From: a virus
Lineage: Duplodnaviria; Caudoviricetes
IMG/VR virus record: IMGVR_UViG_3300021400_000131
Location: 1-64,000 of that record
DNA: 64,000 nt
Reading direction: 5' to 3' (one strand)
Shown here piece after piece: positions 46,851-55,369 of the stretch. Each line of letters opens with the position of its first letter. Position 1 is the stretch's first letter. The translations under genes were made by a program, and so were the position numbers. Under the pieces are notes generated by a model. That model did not search any database, was not told the origin of the DNA, and saw only the letters and a list, made by a program, of their open reading frames with translations.

Positions 46851-48581
46851 CTACCAGCCGATGGCCTGCATGTACTCCTCCTCGTTGCGCTTCAGGGCAC
46901 CGTAGGCGCACAGCTCGGCCATGTAGCCATCGATGCGGTTCTGTGGGCGCAGCTCCTTCTTCTGTGGGAAGTAGTTGTCGTTGTTGTCCGCGCGGGCGTT
47001 GACGTTGGAGCGGCACCACTGAAGGACTGGGTTGTCATTGTCGATGATGCGCTTGGCACGGAGGTCAAGGCGGTGCTCCTTCATGAGCGGGCTGATGACC
47101 TTGGCGTACTGCTCGACGGGGCGTGCCCTGCTCTCCCCCACGAGCCGCTGAAGCTCAAGCTCGGTGTGGTCATCGACGTGCCACTTGTCGTAGCCCACCG
47201 CGAACGGGTACACGCCCTCGTCCACAAGCTCGCGCAGCCACTCGATGATGACCATCTGGTTGACCTTGTTGCCGGGGACGATGCGTATCAGCCCGTCAGC
47301 GGCCCACTGGTGGTACGGCACGCCGTCCCGCTCCTTGAAGGAGTTGCTGTTAATCTCAACCTGGTCCTCGGCAATCCAGAACATGGCTCGCTCGTAGATG
47401 TGGTCATCGTCTGGCTTCATGCACATCATGACGGCGGCATTGAGGTCGCCACGGTCAGCGAGGTCGAAGCCGACGATGCCGTAGCGGAACTGCGTGGCGT
47501 CGAACGTGTACGTCTCGCGGTTGACGCACTCCTCATAGGTGAGGAACGATGCGTAGGAGTTGGACGGCAGGTTCATCTCCTTGGTCAGCAGCGACGGCAT
47601 ACGCGCCGGGGACTGCTGCGCCTTGCTCACGCGGTTGCGCAGGTAGTCCCACTCCTTCGTTATGCCCAATCCCGGTGAAGCCTTGGGCCACATGCGCTCG
47701 TCCCATACCTCGTCCCTGCTGTCCAACTCGTAGAGGAACGGGAGGAAGGTGTCATCCTCGATCTTGCCGTCAAGCCATCCGTAGGCGTACTTCTTGCGCT
47801 CGTCCCAGATGCCCTCGCGCACGTAGTTCTCGGTGCTGATGATGAAGAGCATCGGCGACTTGCGCGATGACATGGACTCGGTGAGCAGGTCGTAGGTTGC
47901 GCCGCCGTCCTCGCATGCGGCAAGCTCGTCAAGCACCGCGAAGCTCGTGTTGAGTCCGTCAAGCTTCTTGGAGTTGGAGCTGATGGTGCAGAGGTAGCTA
48001 AGCGTCTTGTCGTAGTTGAGGCCGGAGATTCCGCGCTTCTGCACCATGCCGCGACGGATGCGCTTCTTGAGCTGCGGTGACATCTCGACCATGGAGTTTG
48101 TCGCGCCGTAGCACAGACGCGCCTGGCTCTCGGACGTCGCGCCGTTGTAGACCTCCGCACCTCCCTCGCCGTCGCTGGTGAGCATGTAGAGGTTGAGCGC
48201 GGCCAAGAGCGACGTCTTGCCCGACTTTCTCGCCCACTCTACCAGCACTTCTCTGAACTGGCGTGCGTTGTCATCGTCCACGAAGCCGAAGGCCGTCTCG
48301 ACAACGACGCGCTCGTAGGGAGCGAGCACGAACGGCTGGCCCATCTTCTTTGCGCTAGGGATGCGGCAGAACTTCTCGATGAAGCGCACGGGTCGCGTGG
48401 CGGCGTCGATGTCAAAGTGCCACTGCTTGTATCCATTGCTGAAGCGCGGCAGCATTATCTCAGCGAGCTTCTTTACATGGCGGCTCACGGTATAATTGCC
48501 GTCCATGCATCCAAGAAAGTACTGCTCAGCGTCGGAGCGTCCGTGCTCGTCAACGTAAACGAACGGCTCCCAGCTAGGCAT
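46851..48581 (-). CDS. terL: terminase large subunit
   Basis: Walker A ARKSGKT, Walker B VLDEL, nuclease GFDL, RIDG..A. Confidence 0.93.
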   Translation of the reverse strand: MPSWEPFVYVDEHGRSDAEQYFLGCMDGNYTVSRHVKKLAEIMLPRFSNGYKQWHFDIDAATRPVRFIEKFCRIPSAKKMGQPFVLAPYERVVVETAFGFVDDDNARQFREVLVEWARKSGKTSLLAALNLYMLTSDGEGGAEVYNGATSESQARLCYGATNSMVEMSPQLKKRIRRGMVQKRGISGLNYDKTLSYLCTISSNSKKLDGLNTSFAVLDELAACEDGGATYDLLTESMSSRKSPMLFIISTENYVREGIWDERKKYAYGWLDGKIEDDTFLPFLYELDSRDEVWDERMWPKASPGLGITKEWDYLRNRVSKAQQSPARMPSLLTKEMNLPSNSYASFLTYEECVNRETYTFDATQFRYGIVGFDLADRGDLNAAVMMCMKPDDDHIYERAMFWIAEDQVEINSNSFKERDGVPYHQWAADGLIRIVPGNKVNQMVIIEWLRELVDEGVYPFAVGYDKWHVDDHTELELQRLVGESRARPVEQYAKVISPLMKEHRLDLRAKRIIDNDNPVLQWCRSNVNARADNNDNYFPQKKELRPQNRIDGYMAELCAYGALKRNEEEYMQAIGW

Positions 48582-48924
48582 TGAAGGCATCGAACTCGTC
48601 CTCCTCCTCTGGTGCCGTGGCGTTCTTGGCGAACGATGACACCTTCTTGGCGAGGTCACCCAGTCGACCGATGGCCTTCTGGTAAGCCTTGAACTCGGCA
48701 CGCTCGACGCGCTCGATGTGGCGGTTGTTGACGGTGCCGACCTCCTTCTCCTCCATGACGCCCTTCTCCTGTATTACGAGACGCAGCGCCTCGGTCATGG
48801 ATGCGAGCGCGTCATACTCAGTGAGGAGATCGTCTAGCAGCGCCTTGTCAAAGCCCGTGAGTCCGTCCGACTCTCGGTGCAGGCGGTCAAGGCGCGGCGT
48901 GTCGTACTTCTTCTTTGTTGCCAT
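48574..48924 (-). CDS. terS: terminase small subunit (P27-like)
   Basis: Precedes terL; helical; ends EEEDEFDAF. Confidence 0.75.
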   Translation of the reverse strand: MATKKKYDTPRLDRLHRESDGLTGFDKALLDDLLTEYDALASMTEALRLVIQEKGVMEEKEVGTVNNRHIERVERAEFKAYQKAIGRLGDLAKKVSSFAKNATAPEEEDEFDAFNA

Positions 48925-48997
48925 ACCTCTCCTTGCGACAGAAGGAGCCATCCCTACGTTTCCGCAGGTAGGCGACTCACTCGGTTGTGGGTCGAAG

Positions 48998-49339
48998 CTA
49001 GAGGTGTGGCGTTTCCTTCCTGATGACGCGCCCATGCTCGTCGAACGCGACGCGCATTTCGGTAGTGCCGCTGTGGACGAATGCGTGGCAGTCTTGGCAA
49101 AGGCGCTGGAAGTTCTCGTATGCGAGCGTCACTGACGGGTCATCAATGTTGTCGGGGTTGAGGTGTACCTTGTGGTGAACGACCTTGGCTGGCGTGAGTT
49201 TGCCCTGCTCAAAGCACCGTTCGCACATGCCAGGGGGAACGATGCCCCACGGTGTGTCAATGGGGCGCTCCATATATGCCTTGCGGTTGTGAAGCCATGC
49301 TGGTGAGTGGTAGAAGCTCGTTGCGAACTTTCGTGACAT
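48998..49339 (-). CDS. packaging-associated HNH endonuclease
   Basis: FYHSPAW...CERC...VVHHK..L...N...LCQDCH. Confidence 0.85.
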   Translation of the reverse strand: MSRKFATSFYHSPAWLHNRKAYMERPIDTPWGIVPPGMCERCFEQGKLTPAKVVHHKVHLNPDNIDDPSVTLAYENFQRLCQDCHAFVHSGTTEMRVAFDEHGRVIRKETPHL

Positions 49340-49360
49340 ACTCCCCCGCCATTCCTATGC

Positions 49361-49405
49361 ACTATATCTTGTGGTTTTCTCAAGTTTGCAAACTATATAT
49401 TGTGG
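49361..49405. promoter_or_regulatory. tandem NrdR-box-like sites over the packaging-operon promoter
   Basis: ACTATATCTTGTGG and ACTATATATTGTGG 31 bp apart. Confidence 0.5.
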
Positions 49406-49649
49406 TTTCCCTAACTATCCTACACAGGAAAACGAGAAATTTCAAACTATCACGCGCACCAAAAATTGACTGGGGGCGCCGGTCCCACTGGAAAGTTGCA
49501 TGATTTATGCACTATGGGGGCGGTTAACCGTTTTAGCTTGCACACAAACTTTCATACCCTACCTTTTCGGTGGGAATATGTTCCACAATTCCTAGCGTTT
49601 CGGTAGGTTTTAGTCTTTATTCCTACTGTATCAGTAGGGTTTTATTGTT

Positions 49650-49806
49650 AGGTACCTTATTGTTAGGTACCTTACCTTTAGGTACCTGATTGTTAGGTAC
49701 CTTTTGATTAAAAAGACAATCGCTAGGTACCTGATTGTTAGGTACCTAGTAGTTAGGTACCTACTGATAGCAAATTATTTGCTAGGTACCTAGCAGTTAG
49801 GTACCT
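49650..49806. repeat. nine AGGTACCT palindromes in about 15-bp phase
   Basis: Starts 49650, 49665, 49680, 49695, 49725, 49740, 49755, 49784, 49799. Confidence 0.95.
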
Positions 49807-50067
49807 AGCAATTGCCAATTTTGGCATGATTTATTTTTATGCAATGACCAATGCATTTCTATGCAGTATTTTCTGCGTTATTCAATAATTCGGGCAATAT
49901 CACGGCATTTTATGCGCTGTTTTGCATTGATTTTGAATTATGTATCCAATTCCTCATATTTCAGTAAGTCTAGGCACTACTACCCCACATTTGCGTTGAA
50001 TGGCCTTAAATCGCCTTAGAATGGCCTTAAACGCGATTGTGTACATAGTGTGTACGTTTGAGTTAGG

Positions 50068-50096
50068 TTGACATTTAAACCTAACCATGCTATTTA
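50068..50096 (+). promoter_or_regulatory. candidate early promoter
   Basis: TTGACA-17 bp-TATTTA with a TG extension. Confidence 0.45.
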
Positions 50097-50157
50097 TCGC
50101 GCGCGCACGCGTTACCTATCGTTATTGGGTCGATATACCGAACACTATGTATGTTAT

Positions 50158-50211
50158 TACTCACACTGTGCATTAATACTCACATTGTGTAATATTACTC
50201 ACACTGTGCAA
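50158..50211. repeat. three operator-like repeats
   Basis: TACTCACA(C/T)TGTG(C/T)A at 50158, 50177, 50197. Confidence 0.8.
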
Positions 50212-50878
50212 TATCTTTTCCGATTCTATTTTTCGTGCCTCAAATGGCAATTGTGTAGGAATTGTGTAGATAATCTGACGTCTACAAAACAAGGTAAAGA
50301 TTTAACCTTAGTTAACACCACATTCTACCTGCTTAAATGCGACTCGATCGAACGTTTCCGCAGGTCAAAGTGCCTGTTTTGCGTTTCCGCTGGTAGATGC
50401 CTATATCTTGTACACAAATAAACGTCTGAGCTGGGAATTTGATTATGTGGCGTTCAATTCGTATCTTTATAGCCAGCGACGGGGACACCCCGACGGCGAA
50501 CCTTAAAATCGGATACCTGATGCACCCACGGGTGTATCGACAGCATAGCCTAACAAGCTCCCTAGCCGTGGGATTCTGACAGTGACAGTGTTGGCGCTCA
50601 AACACGGATATAGCAGCCACAAGCCGCAATACGGCTATGTTGCAAGTAGGTGAAAAGCCTACGTCTAAAAACATTTACTATCTTGCAAATGTTGTTTAGG
50701 CAACATGGGTGAGCATACGCCACTAGTGTCTGGAATTGAGTACGGATGCAAGCGTTGGAATTGAGTACGGCGCGATAGGTGTGTGCCGCCTGTGTCGTGG
50801 GCACAGGACATGGTTCTGTACCCACAGCACAGGTGAATTGTGCCTGTAGGAAACAATCGCTAGAGAGAGGAAGCAATC

Positions 50879-51370
50879 ATGTCTAAAGCCTATCGTGTCA
50901 CGTTCTTTGATAAGAACTACATTCGCCCCAACATTGAGCTGGTAGTCTATGCCACAGCTAAGTACCTCGCTGTGGATGCCGCTCGTGAACAGCTGCACGA
51001 CATTGCCAGCCAGCGCATTGAGTACATTACCAATGGCATGGCTGGCACTATGCGTGAGGTGACCAACCACAAGGGTGAGGTCCAGCGCTGCCGTGTGCTG
51101 GAAGTCTCCCCTGAGTATTACAACATCCTTGTGGATGAATGCTGGGGCATCGCTGAGGTCATGCAAATTGAGGGTGTCGCTAAGGGCGTCTCTTCTGAAT
51201 CCACAGTCGCTAAGGCTGAGGAAGCCCTGCGCAAGAATCATGACAACTGTGAACGTGAGAACGCGGGAGATTCATGTGTGACCCGTCGCAAGAAGCGCTG
51301 GACAAAAGCTCAAAAACGTGCCGCCAATGCCGCTCGTGAACAGGCCGCTAAGCTCTCTCTTGTCGCATAA
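50879..51370 (+). CDS. hypothetical protein, first gene of the rightward block
   Basis: AGAGAGG RBS; basic C-terminus. Confidence 0.7.
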   Translation: MSKAYRVTFFDKNYIRPNIELVVYATAKYLAVDAAREQLHDIASQRIEYITNGMAGTMREVTNHKGEVQRCRVLEVSPEYYNILVDECWGIAEVMQIEGVAKGVSSESTVAKAEEALRKNHDNCERENAGDSCVTRRKKRWTKAQKRAANAAREQAAKLSLVA

Positions 51371-51375
51371 GTTAG

Positions 51376-51420
51376 TCGATGGGCATACTGGTGGAACTAC
51401 GCTACCAGTATGCCCATCGA
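51376..51420. repeat. perfect 17-bp inverted repeat
   Basis: TCGATGGGCATACTGGT-11 nt-ACCAGTATGCCCATCGA. Confidence 0.85.
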
Positions 51421-51524
51421 AACCAGAACCATCTTCTCGTTGCGTGAATTTGGCAAAGAGCAGAATCAATCACAATTCTGCTATTTGCTGGTATTCAGGC
51501 AACCAACAAGGTTAGGAGACAATT

Positions 51525-51809
51525 ATGCTTAAAACCAGTGCCGCCACGGACACTCTCGGTGTTGATGTGTCTTATGACGGGTGTGATTTCTTTATCACTC
51601 CTTATGACACAGACGTAATCGCTGTAATGTGCAAGCGTCATGGTGAGTGGGACTTCTATGACAGGAAGCCCTACAAGACCTTTGCAGAAGCCTGTGAAGC
51701 CATCTTCTACGGTACGATTCTCGTTGACCGCGCTGAGCGTGGGCACATTAACATTGACATGTTCGGCAATTATACCGGGCTTACGCCCCTCACCTATTAC
51801 GAGTCGTGA
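51525..51809 (+). CDS. hypothetical protein
   Basis: TAGGAG RBS. Confidence 0.65.
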   Translation: MLKTSAATDTLGVDVSYDGCDFFITPYDTDVIAVMCKRHGEWDFYDRKPYKTFAEACEAIFYGTILVDRAERGHINIDMFGNYTGLTPLTYYES

Positions 51810-51857
51810 GAGGCTTCTAAGCTTGTATAATCCTTCTAGTCGATTGAAGGGAGGAAT

Positions 51858-52085
51858 ATGCGAGCTGACAAGGTACTACGTGAGATTATAAGCAAAGAAG
51901 GTCTGTCTGCTACCGAAGTTTCAAAACGAATCGGTAAAACTAGGCAATACATGACTACTTTGTTCTCACATCATCGTATCCCACAAGCTGATACGATGGC
52001 GCGAATTTGTGACGTCGTGGGATACGATTTGCTGGTACGTTCTCGTGATGATGGTTACGAAATAACTATCGACCCTCCCGAGTAG
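51858..52085 (+). CDS. XRE-family HTH protein
   Basis: GLSATEVSKRIGKTRQYMTTL; TATAAT and GGAGG upstream. Confidence 0.75.
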   Translation: MRADKVLREIISKEGLSATEVSKRIGKTRQYMTTLFSHHRIPQADTMARICDVVGYDLLVRSRDDGYEITIDPPE

Positions 52086-52109
52086 ATCGCCCACAACAAT
52101 TCTGTACCT

Positions 52110-52140
52110 AAAGCCCCTGGCCTAACGCTAGGGGCTTTTT
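52110..52140 (+). terminator. intrinsic terminator
   Basis: AAAGCCCCT-loop-AGGGGC-TTTTT. Confidence 0.75.
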
Positions 52141-52162
52141 CTATCTCAAGGAAGGAGTAGCC

Positions 52163-52438
52163 ATGTGCAGCTACACTAACGCCGAAATCCTCAATGAGCT
52201 TGAGGGCATGCATCGCCATGACGAGCTTGAAAGCAAGCTCGCAAATCTCATGGATGACTACTTTGCCATCGACGAGGAAGAGCGGGCGTATTACGCCCTC
52301 TCCGAGTGGTGGTGCGAGTTTGGGCACTACATGCCCGAGAACACCACCATCAGTATCGAGTGGCGTGATTGGGGCAAAGAGCGTGAAGCTCTTGCGAAGC
52401 AAATTGACCAAGTGGAGAACGAGCTGGTGTTCTTCTAG
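52163..52438 (+). CDS. acidic hypothetical protein
   Basis: AAGGAG RBS. Confidence 0.7.
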   Translation: MCSYTNAEILNELEGMHRHDELESKLANLMDDYFAIDEEERAYYALSEWWCEFGHYMPENTTISIEWRDWGKEREALAKQIDQVENELVFF

Positions 52439-52548
52439 GTCAAACGATGCCGAGCCGGGCGGCTAATCCCGGCATGTGTTAGGGGCTGGACTCTGCAACG
52501 AGTCTGGCCCCTATTGCATAGGGCAAACAAACGAAGAAAGGAGTAGCC

Positions 52549-52824
52549 ATGTGCAAGAACTACCGAATCCAGAATCAGGTTATCGAGGAAGCGAAGCAGG
52601 ACACCCCCGAGGTGTACGCCCTCTTCGAGCAGGGGGACAACCTTGTAGGGCTGGTGAAGGTGCTTAATCGCACCCTCGCCATGTTCTACAACGTCCACAG
52701 GTACGGCGACACCGAGCTGTACGCCCACACGAGCACCGAGGGCGTGAGCTTCAAGCTCATCAAGCGTGTGTTCGGGGTCGATGACCCCATGCTGCGCGGC
52801 ATGTACCGAGTCGTGCCCTGCTAG
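52549..52824 (+). CDS. hypothetical protein
   Basis: AAGGAG RBS. Confidence 0.7.
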   Translation: MCKNYRIQNQVIEEAKQDTPEVYALFEQGDNLVGLVKVLNRTLAMFYNVHRYGDTELYAHTSTEGVSFKLIKRVFGVDDPMLRGMYRVVPC

Positions 52825-52961
52825 TGCTCTCCCCTTTTTTACCCTGCCATATCAAAAGTTGAACCAATAAACGAACCGAGCGGGTAGCTAGGTGACCGAG
52901 TGAAGGCCCTAGTCCGGCAGGTGTAGGTGAGGTTCAACTTTCTACGAGAAACGAGCCACAA

Positions 52962-53084
52962 ATGCAGCAAATGTTTGAGTTTCTTCAAGTCCTGAACAGC
53001 CCTTGGATGCGTGAGTGCTTCCCACTGTGGGCTGCATTGTTCGTCATAGTCGGGGTGTACATCAAGCATCACCCCGAACTCTAG
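52962..53084 (+). CDS. 40-aa membrane peptide
   Basis: Read by hand: MQQMFEFLQVLNSPWMRECFPLWAALFVIVGVYIKHHPEL; weak SD. Confidence 0.4.
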   Translation: MQQMFEFLQVLNSPWMRECFPLWAALFVIVGVYIKHHPEL

Positions 53085-53128
53085 TCACCAGTAACGAGCC
53101 AGAAGGCTCGAATCGAAAGGAGAACGTC

Positions 53129-53281
53129 ATGTCCAAGTACGCCATCAACAAGGTCGCAGACGAGCGCGGCATTGCCCGCAGCACCGCCATGCTCATCTGG
53201 GAAGCCACGCAGGACGTGGCCGAGTTCATCGCTGCTATCGAGGACTACGCCGCGGGTCGCGGCTTCGTCCTCGCCTACTAG
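53129..53281 (+). CDS. small hypothetical protein
   Basis: AAGGAG RBS then MSKYAINK; strong codon bias. Confidence 0.65.
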   Translation: MSKYAINKVADERGIARSTAMLIWEATQDVAEFIAAIEDYAAGRGFVLAY

Positions 53282-53293
53282 GAAGGAATCATC

Positions 53294-54163
53294 ATGACCA
53301 TCATCGAGCAGCCGCAGATTGCCAACTTCCCGACCGATGGGTTCGACCCCATCGACGCCCCCAAGCCCACCGAGTCCAACGCCACCAAGCCCACGAACAA
53401 GAAGGGTAACAAGACCATGACCAAGAAGAACGCCACCAAGACCAACACCACCAAGAACGCCAACGCAAAGAAGGAGAACGCCACCATGCCCAAGACCAAC
53501 GCCGCCGCCAACGAGTCCGCCGCCACCCCCAAGCCCAAGAGCGCCTACACCGAGCGCAAGGAGTACGCTGCCGCCCTGCGTGCTCAGTATGCCGACGAGA
53601 TCGCCGACACCGAGCCGCTGGCTGGTGTCACGTCCTGCCTCCCCGGCAAGACCATCGCCAACCTCACCGATGACCCCAACGAGCAGGACTTCCTGGCCCG
53701 CGCCGCCGCCTACTTCGACGCTGGCACCGCCTTCTGCACCGAGTCGCAGGCCAAGAAGTTTGGCGGCACCCTCGCCGACCCCGAGCACGTGGCTGGCATC
53801 CTCGTGAACTGGAAGCCCAAGACCACCAAGGCTGGCGTGACGAGCACGTGGCAGGCGGTCGTGTATCCCGTCGATGCCTTCGAGTGGGAGAACGGCACTC
53901 CAACCTTTGACGAGCAGCTTGACGCCGAGCGCAAGGCCCGCCGCGCCAAGCGTGCCGCCAAGCGTGCCGCCGACGCCCTGAAGGAAGCAAACGAGAAGGC
54001 TGGCATCCCCAACAAGCCCAAGCGCCGCACTGCCAAGGCTACGACCAAGCCCGCAGCCGCCGCACCGAGCGCCGACGTGGCCGCGATGACCGAAACGATG
54101 AACGCCCTCATGCAGCAGAATGCCCAGCTCATCGCTGCGCTGACCGCTGCCCTCGCCAAGTAG
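53294..54163 (+). CDS. K/A/T-rich protein with possible ArdC-like ssDNA-binding core
   Basis: FCTESQAKKFGG...ILVNWKP; low-complexity basic arms. Confidence 0.5.
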   Translation: MTIIEQPQIANFPTDGFDPIDAPKPTESNATKPTNKKGNKTMTKKNATKTNTTKNANAKKENATMPKTNAAANESAATPKPKSAYTERKEYAAALRAQYADEIADTEPLAGVTSCLPGKTIANLTDDPNEQDFLARAAAYFDAGTAFCTESQAKKFGGTLADPEHVAGILVNWKPKTTKAGVTSTWQAVVYPVDAFEWENGTPTFDEQLDAERKARRAKRAAKRAADALKEANEKAGIPNKPKRRTAKATTKPAAAAPSADVAAMTETMNALMQQNAQLIAALTAALAK

Positions 54164-54260
54164 TCACCTAGCTGCGCCTACAACCTGCCCTCTAGTGACG
54201 AGCTAGAGGGTGGGCATGTGGGCACATCCGCCCACAAACGAGCTTGAAAAGGAGAGCCAA

Positions 54261-54485
54261 ATGAACAACTTTATCTTTCTGGGTCACATTGAACCCGCGC
54301 CTACCCCCAAGTCCTTCTTCATCCCTGCGAAGAACTACAACAACGGCCATGGAATAACCGCTTGGGGCTGCAAGTGTCCCGAGTGTGGGGCTTACCACGA
54401 GTTCACCTTCGGCAACAGGTGGAACTTCTGCCCCGCATGTGGCTGTGATGCCACCGAGAAGAAGTACGAGTGCCGGATTCAGTAA
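54261..54485 (+). CDS. zinc-ribbon protein
   Basis: KCPECG...NFCPACG. Confidence 0.7.
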   Translation: MNNFIFLGHIEPAPTPKSFFIPAKNYNNGHGITAWGCKCPECGAYHEFTFGNRWNFCPACGCDATEKKYECRIQ

Positions 54486-54497
54486 GGAGCGAACACC

Positions 54498-54830
54498 ATG
54501 TCTTATAAGCGTTGGCAGAAGCGCAAGGCACCACGAGTTCACCGCTCGATGGTTGAATGCGAGCGCTTCGGCGATACCGTCTCATTCCGCAAGCTGCACA
54601 GCAACGACTGGGACTTTTGGTGGAAGGAAGAGTGGGACCACTCAATCAGGAATCGCTGCTGGAAGAACCAGCGCAAGACCAAGCACCAGTACAAGCGCAC
54701 CGCCTACATCGACCTCTACGAGCCGTACCCGCACGACGAGTGCGGCCTTGTCATCACTGACGAGCAGATCGACCAGCTCTACGAGCTGTTTACCACCTAC
54801 GACCTCGCCGCCTTCGGCGTCACCCTCTAG
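54498..54830 (+). CDS. basic hypothetical protein
   Basis: TAAGGAG RBS. Confidence 0.65.
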   Translation: MSYKRWQKRKAPRVHRSMVECERFGDTVSFRKLHSNDWDFWWKEEWDHSIRNRCWKNQRKTKHQYKRTAYIDLYEPYPHDECGLVITDEQIDQLYELFTTYDLAAFGVTL

Positions 54831-54845
54831 GAAAGGAGTACCACC

Positions 54846-55040
54846 GTGCAAACCAACCAGCAGCTTGACCCCATCACCCACCCCAAGCGCCGCCCGAGGA
54901 TAACGCAGAACTGGAAGCACCGCACGAAGCGCTGCCACCAGTACCACCGCACACCGAGCATTACGCTCCATCCTGGCTATGCGTGGATGGATAACGAGGG
55001 GACGTTCATTGTCCCCTTCGACGAGGAAATCACCTACTAG
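54846..55040 (+). CDS. hypothetical protein
   Basis: AAGGAG RBS, GTG start. Confidence 0.55.
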   Translation: MQTNQQLDPITHPKRRPRITQNWKHRTKRCHQYHRTPSITLHPGYAWMDNEGTFIVPFDEEITY

Positions 55041-55055
55041 GAAGGACGAGCCACC

Positions 55056-55349
55056 ATGAGCAAGTACCACGGCATCATCGAGCACCCCTACGGGATGGAC
55101 TACATCCAAGCCCGTGCGATGGTCAACAGCTACAACGAGCACGTCGACGCCACCGACCGCTGCGCCGAGTGGGCGTACACCTCTGATAGTGCCTTCGACC
55201 AGCGTGTGTATGGCCGTCTCGCCGAGGAGTACATGGACATGAGCGGGCAGGAGCTTTGCACGCTCCTCCATTACGGGTGGGACTACGTGACCATCGATGA
55301 TTGGGGTCACATCGCCCTGAAGAACGAGCAGATGGCACTTGCCGTCTAG
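55056..55349 (+). CDS. hypothetical protein
   Basis: ORF in operon. Confidence 0.65.
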   Translation: MSKYHGIIEHPYGMDYIQARAMVNSYNEHVDATDRCAEWAYTSDSAFDQRVYGRLAEEYMDMSGQELCTLLHYGWDYVTIDDWGHIALKNEQMALAV

Positions 55350-55369
55350 AAGAGAGAGGAAAGCGAATC

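Noticed and set aside
49650-49806. CRISPR array
   Set aside because: Units are about 15 bp with 7-bp gaps; no 25-45 bp spacers and no cas genes
50068-50876. ORFs in the AT-rich region
   Set aside because: Atypical composition, no SD, overlap repeats and promoter elements
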